Part shown: positions 57,840 through 64,000 of the stretch, in pieces
Layout: every line of letters begins with the position of its first letter
How positions within the stretch are numbered: the stretch's first letter is position 1
IMG/VR virus record: IMGVR_UViG_3300033067_002581
Span: 90,908-154,907 of that record
Length of the DNA stretch: 64,000 bases
Source: a virus
Taxonomy: Duplodnaviria > Caudoviricetes
Direction: 5' to 3' (one strand)
Made by a program: the position numbers and the translations under genes
Notes under the pieces: model-generated
What the model was told of the DNA's origin: nothing
What the model saw: the letters and a program-made list of their open reading frames with translations, nothing else
The model's database searches: none

Positions 57840-60800
57840 TTGGCTTCACAAGTCTATGAAAATTATCTGTTAGACAGAGACGAGCTGTCGGTGAGAGCCG
57901 GTTTGCTACCTGTGCCACGTAGCATGATGACGACGATCATCGGCGGGTTTGTGACTGGCAGCTCTCTTAGCGCCTCTGTGTTGATCGGCCTGGGCATAGA
58001 ATTCAGTGGTGAGAACGGCATAAAATACACTCGCGCCGCTGTGTCACACGGTGGAGCTATCGTATTGATCGATCCCGCGGCCCCGACAACGGTGACAGCA
58101 ACGTCCGCGTTCGATGCAGTGTGTTCGAGCCTGTCTAATAACGCATCGATACGCAGCACCTTTCTCAGCTCTAGCCTTCTGCTGTGTCCATGGTGGGACC
58201 CGTCGCAGAGAACCGTTGCCTCTGATGTTTATCAGCTGACGAGATCGTTTAGCGCGACAACGTTTCGCCTGCTCAAGTATGGCGCCATCAGGCCAGAAGA
58301 CGTAGTACCTCCTGGCCGTCTAGACATAGACGGTGGCGTGACATATACAAGCGTGTTTAATTCTGACAGAGGAAAATGCTCTGTGATTCGGTGGTGCACG
58401 CAGGAGTCTCAGTCAGAATCATCACGCGTCATGCGATATGAGGCCGCGCTATATGAGAACGGTCTGATAGAGTTCAGGTATTTGACTCCCGCTCAGACGC
58501 AGCCGAGCGGCGCGCTGCCGCAGACGGGTTCCGCTGTAGTTGGTGCATTCTTTCCGAGCGGCACGCTCAGGTTCCGCGACATGTCTCCTATCGTCACTGA
58601 CAGGTCAGCGTATGAGCTTGGCGGGTTTACATACACGAGCTCATACGCTGACAGGGGAGCTCCTTATTGCGTATCAAACTCCGGACACGCAGGATGGCCT
58701 GGCGCGATAAGATCGGCTACGTATTCATTTCGACCTAGTCAAGCGCTGCGACAGGTCCTTCCACGAAAGGTCGTCAAACACATATCAGACCAAGCGTTCT
58801 CGCCGCTATACTCTGACAGGCGATCGGTTCCTGCCACGGTCGGGATGCTTGACGCGCCAGTAGCGAGTTCATACCTTGATTTTGATGGTGATGGTGCTGA
58901 TCGCAGCGATCTGTTCAGGATACAAGCACACTGCATAAGAAGCAGATCGCTTAGCGACATAGGGTTTTTCGCGCGCCCAACTGCGCCTATCGCTCCGTTT
59001 TGTGATAACATCATTGACGATCCACAGCTGACGCTTGCGTCAGCTTCATCAGTTAATGTCAACGATCCAAATAGCACGACAAGATTAGGCTCTCGACACT
59101 CGCTTGATTATTCGATCAGGATCAGAAGGCAGTCAAAATTCATCCCAGGCGCGTCTTCTGGGATGATATTTGACGCTAGCACAGGTTGCTTCGTTCTTGT
59201 CGGCGTCGATCGCGCTCGATTACCGCCTGATGAGGCGCAACGCGCGGCGGAAGATGGTAACGGTTTTAACGCAGTCGGTCATTTCATGGCATCTGGTGCC
59301 TACCAGATCAGCTCACAATCGCAGTCTACGCTCTCACCTGGTCTGTATTCCTCAAACGGAGCGTCGCAAGCTGATATGCTGTCAGCGTATTATAGCGAGT
59401 CAATCACGCTGTCAGACAGTTATCTGACGTTCAACGGTCTGACGAAGTATGAACCGTTTCGTCCAGCTCTCCGGAGGCCGTTCGTCGTAGAGGCGGTTGA
59501 GATAGAGTTACCCGTTAAAGCGAACAACGCGTGGTTTCAGGACATGACGACAGTCAAGGTCAACACCCCTTCTGCGTCATTCTCAGGATGGAACCTGGGT
59601 GGACCTGGGCTCACTGTCGCGGTGCTGGTCGATCGCGGCTCGACGTTAAGGAGGTTCAGAGACGTCCTAGCGACTGGTTCGATAACTCACATATCGGACG
59701 CAACAACGATCGGCGCGTCAGTCACATCACTGCTGCCAACAAAAGCGTTAGTGGCGCCACTTGGGTTTAGGACATGCGGTGGCACGCCCGCGGGTGTCAT
59801 CAACGCTACGTCTGGCCCGTTCACTGGCAGTGTGAAGCTTTTCATGCCTGCGGCGTCCGCGGTCGGATCGTTCATGGCGCTGACAGGGTCAACGACCACG
59901 ACGACGTTCCTACAGACGCTGCCTGTCAATGATTCATTGTCGCAGCTGACGCAATCATTCGGTTGGTTAAACGCGATCCCAGTGCATCTCACGCCATTTG
60001 GAAGATCACATGATGGTGCGTCGATCTCGGCCCGATCTGTGCTGATGCGTGAGTCAGCAATTGACACAGCTATCAAAAACAGCTTCGTTCTCACAGGATC
60101 CGCGATCGCCGCGCTTTCATCATCTCTAGCAAGTTACGCGACAGTCACATACGTTGGATGCGCAAACAACGTGGCGTCAACTCCATCACCGTACGTCCTT
60201 CTTCCTGGTGACGGTCTGAGGATACAGGTGGCGAGATCAAGAGCCGCGATCACGGGTAGCCTAGCTGTGAACATAACGGCTGATATGGACGCTGAGACAA
60301 AACCTGTGTTTGGTTTTGCCGAGGGAGATATAAAGCTCAGATTGATTGGCAGGTACCTCGTCAGCGGAAAGCTGTCAGAGGTGCATGACGCTGAATCTAT
60401 GGAAGAGATCATAGGTGCAGAGCCAGTCATCGACCAGCTCGACTTTTTTGGACGGCAGGAACTGTTTGGCACCATCTACGACGGCTATGTCACGGGCTCA
60501 TACGTCAACAGGTCAGCTGGATCGGTGACGCTTGGCGCAGAGCGCGGCAGGGTGTTTAGCATAGCGAACGCATCAGCGTCTCAGCAGTTTGACACGTCGC
60601 TGTACTCAGTGGCACTCACAAAATCAAGCTGGCTCGCTGGTTTCAATGGCATCAGTTACGCGACGTGTGAGGGTGAGCGCTACTATGATTCGATGCTACC
60701 TCCGATAGATCAGATCACCAGGCTGAATAGCGGAGCGGTGTTCTATCAGCCTAGCGGGTTCTATATCGTGAATAGGCCGACGGCTGTCATATTCTATGAC

Positions 60801-61592
60801 ATACCGACGCAGCACACAGCATCGATAGCTCCTTACGCTGACAATGCATGGTCAAGGGCGTATCCATTCGAGCCAAGGTACGCCTCGCTGCAGCGCAGGA
60901 CTGACATAACAAAGTATTTCAACTGCGATCTGAAACTGATCAACGGAGCGCTTGGCGACATCCAGTCGCTGACGAATGATGGTGTCGCCGATAACCTGAT
61001 CGTCATCCGGATGCAGTATAAGAACGAGCGATCGACGGCCGGTGTCCCAGTCGATCCGAACCTCTACTATCTCTATGCTCTTGACGCGATCGGCAACAAC
61101 CCACCAAAGGTGATCACAGCTCCTGTCACGAACACGTTTCAGACGAGGTCTGACCTGATAAAGACGCTCTACGGGATCGGGGCTGTCAATAACATCGTGA
61201 TCACCGGATCGTCTGCACCGATGGGAAGCACGTGCGCTCCTGATTACGCAGGATTCAGCTATGACCCACCAAGCTCAAAGCAGTATGGGTTTGGAGCGAA
61301 GCCGATCATACGCGGATGGAAATACGGCCTGGCGTCTGGGTTGCGTTTCACGTCACGAGCGGTGTGGCGCAGGGACAGGTTTGGGCAGCTCAGAGACATG
61401 CTCGAGCAGCGCGTGAACACGAAGTTTGCTTCTGATATTGACGGCTCTATTGGCGAAGCACCAGTGAGAGTCACGTTTATCGATCCTCTCAGTGGTAGGA
61501 TCAGGAGCCCAGAGCTGACGCAGTCATCCAACCTCAGCTATGAGGCAACTTCTTCGCTCCCTTACTTCGACGGTTTGGCGCGAAATCGGTGA
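57840..61592 (+). CDS. Very large Ser/Gly/Thr-rich tail/adhesin-like protein
   Basis: 1250 aa; CPWWD / VIRW / YEAALYENGLIEFRY nidogen-like pattern; last gene of the tail operon. Confidence 0.55.
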   Translation: MASQVYENYLLDRDELSVRAGLLPVPRSMMTTIIGGFVTGSSLSASVLIGLGIEFSGENGIKYTRAAVSHGGAIVLIDPAAPTTVTATSAFDAVCSSLSNNASIRSTFLSSSLLLCPWWDPSQRTVASDVYQLTRSFSATTFRLLKYGAIRPEDVVPPGRLDIDGGVTYTSVFNSDRGKCSVIRWCTQESQSESSRVMRYEAALYENGLIEFRYLTPAQTQPSGALPQTGSAVVGAFFPSGTLRFRDMSPIVTDRSAYELGGFTYTSSYADRGAPYCVSNSGHAGWPGAIRSATYSFRPSQALRQVLPRKVVKHISDQAFSPLYSDRRSVPATVGMLDAPVASSYLDFDGDGADRSDLFRIQAHCIRSRSLSDIGFFARPTAPIAPFCDNIIDDPQLTLASASSVNVNDPNSTTRLGSRHSLDYSIRIRRQSKFIPGASSGMIFDASTGCFVLVGVDRARLPPDEAQRAAEDGNGFNAVGHFMASGAYQISSQSQSTLSPGLYSSNGASQADMLSAYYSESITLSDSYLTFNGLTKYEPFRPALRRPFVVEAVEIELPVKANNAWFQDMTTVKVNTPSASFSGWNLGGPGLTVAVLVDRGSTLRRFRDVLATGSITHISDATTIGASVTSLLPTKALVAPLGFRTCGGTPAGVINATSGPFTGSVKLFMPAASAVGSFMALTGSTTTTTFLQTLPVNDSLSQLTQSFGWLNAIPVHLTPFGRSHDGASISARSVLMRESAIDTAIKNSFVLTGSAIAALSSSLASYATVTYVGCANNVASTPSPYVLLPGDGLRIQVARSRAAITGSLAVNITADMDAETKPVFGFAEGDIKLRLIGRYLVSGKLSEVHDAESMEEIIGAEPVIDQLDFFGRQELFGTIYDGYVTGSYVNRSAGSVTLGAERGRVFSIANASASQQFDTSLYSVALTKSSWLAGFNGISYATCEGERYYDSMLPPIDQITRLNSGAVFYQPSGFYIVNRPTAVIFYDIPTQHTASIAPYADNAWSRAYPFEPRYASLQRRTDITKYFNCDLKLINGALGDIQSLTNDGVADNLIVIRMQYKNERSTAGVPVDPNLYYLYALDAIGNNPPKVITAPVTNTFQTRSDLIKTLYGIGAVNNIVITGSSAPMGSTCAPDYAGFSYDPPSSKQYGFGAKPIIRGWKYGLASGLRFTSRAVWRRDRFGQLRDMLEQRVNTKFASDIDGSIGEAPVRVTFIDPLSGRIRSPELTQSSNLSYEATSSLPYFDGLARNR

Positions 61593-62022
61593 CGTTCAGC
61601 GTGCCGAACGCGTTAGGCTCTATCGTATAGATGACTCGCTTTATTCCATAAGAAGCGATGGCACGCATGCACGCCGCGCACGGCTTTGCCAGCCCGACGC
61701 GCCCGCGCTCTGACTTCAGATGGTTGTCCTTCGTGACCCTAGCGACGAACATCTTGCAACCCCTGAGGTCAGTCTTCCTACGGGCTCGAAATATCGCGTT
61801 GACCTCGGCATGGATGCTCACACACCCAGCGTGCTTGGGTGCGTTCTGCATCGTGTACACGTTCATCTTCGGTATGTTTCTTGACCACGTGATGACGTTA
61901 CCACCCTTCACTATCACAGCGACAAGGTGAGCGTTTAGCTTGTCGGACGTCGTCTCCACGCGACTCACGGCCCACACGAGATGCGGCGGGAAGCCATTCA
62001 CCTGCTCAGATATGGTATCCAC
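61534..62022 (-). CDS. Zinc-dependent cytidine/dCMP deaminase-fold protein
   Basis: SIHAEVNAI and AKPCAAC zinc motifs, YGIKRVIY. Confidence 0.88.
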   Translation of the reverse strand: MDTISEQVNGFPPHLVWAVSRVETTSDKLNAHLVAVIVKGGNVITWSRNIPKMNVYTMQNAPKHAGCVSIHAEVNAIFRARRKTDLRGCKMFVARVTKDNHLKSERGRVGLAKPCAACMRAIASYGIKRVIYTIEPNAFGTLNVTDFAPNRRSKGAKKLPHS

Positions 62023-63160
62023 CAGCGACCTTCAACAATAGGTTCATGAAGCGCTTGCTCACACACGGTGCGGTGATCCTCTGCCTCACCCAGGCAGCCA
62101 CGGTCAGCTTGTGATCGATGATGTAGAACGCTCCGCTGCGGAGAAGCTCACACTTGATATTCGCGATGAATCGCGCTATCTCTCGCCTATCAGGCATGCT
62201 CATGCACGGGCGGAGCGCGTCGTCTGACGCCTGACACCATCGAAGCACGCGAGATCGTAGGTCACTGACCGCGTCCCTGATCCTCGGCGTCAGCATCGGG
62301 CTCGCCAGTATGTCATCTGACGACTCGCTTAGCGCGGCCGTGAGCGCCGTGCGGGGCGACCGATCAAGAAGCTGCTGCGCCGAGCTCGCGACGAAGAACC
62401 CGGGATTCTTGACCTTGACGCGGTTATAGCTGGCGTCGACCAACACGAACCCCTCGGTCTCACACGCGGGAACGTTCGCCATCATCGACAGCAGCGCTTC
62501 AGCGTCTGGCGTCTCGTTGCACGACGCGTGCTTGAAACCCAAGCGCTTCGCCGTGATGCTTGGGTCAGATTCTGCGCCAGTCTGCGTGTCTATGACGCCG
62601 ATCATGATGAGCTCATCGTCCGGGTGCGCTACGACGTGCCTGTTCCTCGGACCGACGATCTCAAAGACGTACGTCTTAGACTTGTCAAGATCCGCGACGT
62701 CTCGATCCGCCCACAAGCGCCAGAAGCACTGCGCATACGTGACACCATCATACCTTGGTATGTCAGCGTCTGGCGTCGATCGCGTCGCGACCATCCACTG
62801 GTCATCAAAGTGATACAGCAGCGACAGCGTCCCATCAAACTTTGTCTGCGTCACCGTCGTGGTCGGGTCTAACGCGGCGGCGCCAGGCTGCCCGAAGTTA
62901 AAGAAGCGCTTGAATGGGCGAGCGATCACCTGAGCGTCACATATGGTTGTCGTCAGAGAGATCTGTCGATGTGACGCGATAATCAGACCTCGACAGACGC
63001 TAGCGATGTCATCCTGTGGATCCGCCTCAAGCTGGTCATACGTGAGCGACATCCTCATCCCGTCACATGACACGCGACAGTAAATCCCGCGACCACGCAG
63101 CGAGTCTGGCGGTGTCGTTCGCAGCAGAAGCAAAAGGTCGTTTACACTATCGTGTCGCAA
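62006..63160 (-). CDS. RNA ligase, T4 Rnl1-like
   Basis: CRGLI, RPFKRFFN, motif I KFDGT, ATRS, FEIVGP, EGFVL, VKVK. Confidence 0.9.
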   Translation of the reverse strand: MRHDSVNDLLLLLRTTPPDSLRGRGIYCRVSCDGMRMSLTYDQLEADPQDDIASVCRGLIIASHRQISLTTTICDAQVIARPFKRFFNFGQPGAAALDPTTTVTQTKFDGTLSLLYHFDDQWMVATRSTPDADIPRYDGVTYAQCFWRLWADRDVADLDKSKTYVFEIVGPRNRHVVAHPDDELIMIGVIDTQTGAESDPSITAKRLGFKHASCNETPDAEALLSMMANVPACETEGFVLVDASYNRVKVKNPGFFVASSAQQLLDRSPRTALTAALSESSDDILASPMLTPRIRDAVSDLRSRVLRWCQASDDALRPCMSMPDRREIARFIANIKCELLRSGAFYIIDHKLTVAAWVRQRITAPCVSKRFMNLLLKVAGGYHI

Positions 63161-63369
63161 TTGATCCTCACTATCTCACCTATCGCTCCGGTGAACGTGA
63201 CGACACCGATGACATCCTGCTCACCGTATATGCACACGCCCAGAGAGTCTCGCTTGAAAAGATAGATGCTATTTTTATTGTTGCTGTCCAATAAAGAGCT
63301 AGAGTTCGCTAGGATCAGTGATCCTGGTTCTGCGTCTCTGATCCTAACACTTTTTCTGTTCTGTTTCAC
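63142..63369 (-). CDS. Small hypothetical protein
   Basis: 75 aa co-oriented ORF. Confidence 0.45.
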   Translation of the reverse strand: MKQNRKSVRIRDAEPGSLILANSSSLLDSNNKNSIYLFKRDSLGVCIYGEQDVIGVVTFTGAIGEIVRINCDTIV

Positions 63370-63375
63370 AGTGCG

Positions 63376-63717
63376 TTATCGCAGCTGGTTTGGTATCTTC
63401 AGGCGCATCGTTTTTCCGACATGATGATAGTTTATCGCGGCCTGCCGACACTCTCTGACGTTATAAAGCCCGACATCACCGTTGCTGCGAACGAACTGAA
63501 CAACGAACTCAGTCGTGTACAGCCAGAAACCGCTCTCAGTGAGAAGCTCTACGATCAGCTTCTCACCTTCTTTTACAAGAAACTCACCTCTAGAGTTGAC
63601 GGCGTCTTTCAGGTGATCGATGCTCGCTCGCTGCTTCTGTCTCTTTGGCTTTATGAGCTCCTCGATCTGCTCTTGTTCCGACAGCTCTTCAGTCTCTTGC
63701 GCGTTCTCGTCTGACAT
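63376..63717 (-). CDS. Hypothetical protein
   Basis: 113 aa ORF with acidic N-terminus. Confidence 0.55.
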   Translation of the reverse strand: MSDENAQETEELSEQEQIEELIKPKRQKQRASIDHLKDAVNSRGEFLVKEGEKLIVELLTESGFWLYTTEFVVQFVRSNGDVGLYNVRECRQAAINYHHVGKTMRLKIPNQLR

Positions 63718-63993
63718 TTAAAACGCTCCTATGCCGCATGATGTCTGTGGGCAGCGTGACATGAAATACTTGCACATCGCTCCATTAAGAGCCTCAGCTA
63801 TGCATGCCTTACATGAATCGGTCGTCGCTGACTGCGAACATGCGTTCGTCGTGATCGAGCACACCGTTGAGACGCATGATAGCGCTGTCACGACGCAGCT
63901 GTCAGCGGTTAACGCTCCGAGCGGAATCTCTGACACAGATTCACAGCTAGATGTCAAAAGCGCAACAGTCAACAAAATAGCTTTAACGTTCAT
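63718..63993 (-). CDS. Cys-rich putative lipoprotein
   Basis: MNVKAILLTVALLTSS-C lipobox-like signal; 10 Cys in 91 aa. Confidence 0.55.
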   Translation of the reverse strand: MNVKAILLTVALLTSSCESVSEIPLGALTADSCVVTALSCVSTVCSITTNACSQSATTDSCKACIAEALNGAMCKYFMSRCPQTSCGIGAF

Positions 63994-64000
63994 AACCTAG

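Noticed and set aside
299-60109. GCGATCGC (cyanobacterial HIP1) copies, e.g. 299, 8444, 10935, 44169, 60102
   Set aside because: Too sparse for true HIP1 iteration and explainable by general GATC/CGCG richness; no photosynthesis genes to support a cyanophage call
1-64000. Stop-codon reassignment as seen in some large phages
   Set aside because: Conserved genes are full length under the standard code and TAA, TGA and TAG all end genes at sensible junctions

Overview
This window is part of a large T4-like (myovirus-type) dsDNA phage genome. It is densely coding, standard genetic code, with many ATGA/GTGA start-stop overlaps and no host housekeeping genes, tRNAs, rRNAs, CRISPR arrays or IS elements seen. 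The minus-strand block (1-29.3 kb) holds the head/packaging module: a gp23 major capsid (missing from the ORF track, truncated at the window edge), scaffold, gp21 protease, gp20 portal and gp17 terminase. It continues with a fused Mre11-Rad50 (gp47/46), a CYTH enzyme, primase, RuvC-like resolvase, gp4-like nuclease and Ser/Gly/Thr-rich virion proteins. Around 29.4-31.6 kb are an inverted orphan gene, a truncated GroEL-like protein without its ATPase domain and a GATC-dense divergent intergenic region. The plus-strand block (31.6-61.6 kb) has a ~15.5 kb island of soluble glycan enzymes (8 glycosyltransferase genes, Gmd, RfbE-like epimerase, short UDP-glucose dehydrogenase, NodU-type carbamoyltransferase, plus a Cas4-like nuclease). 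It is followed by a gp55-like sigma factor and baseplate/tail genes (gp5-, gp25-, gp6-, gp7-like, LamG). The right end encodes a zinc deaminase, an Rnl1 RNA ligase and a Cys-rich lipoprotein. The best candidate new system is a membrane-independent glycosylation/carbamoylation pathway whose acceptor may be the (S/T)GS-rich virion proteins or the DNA. All calls come from reading motifs by eye; no searches were run.
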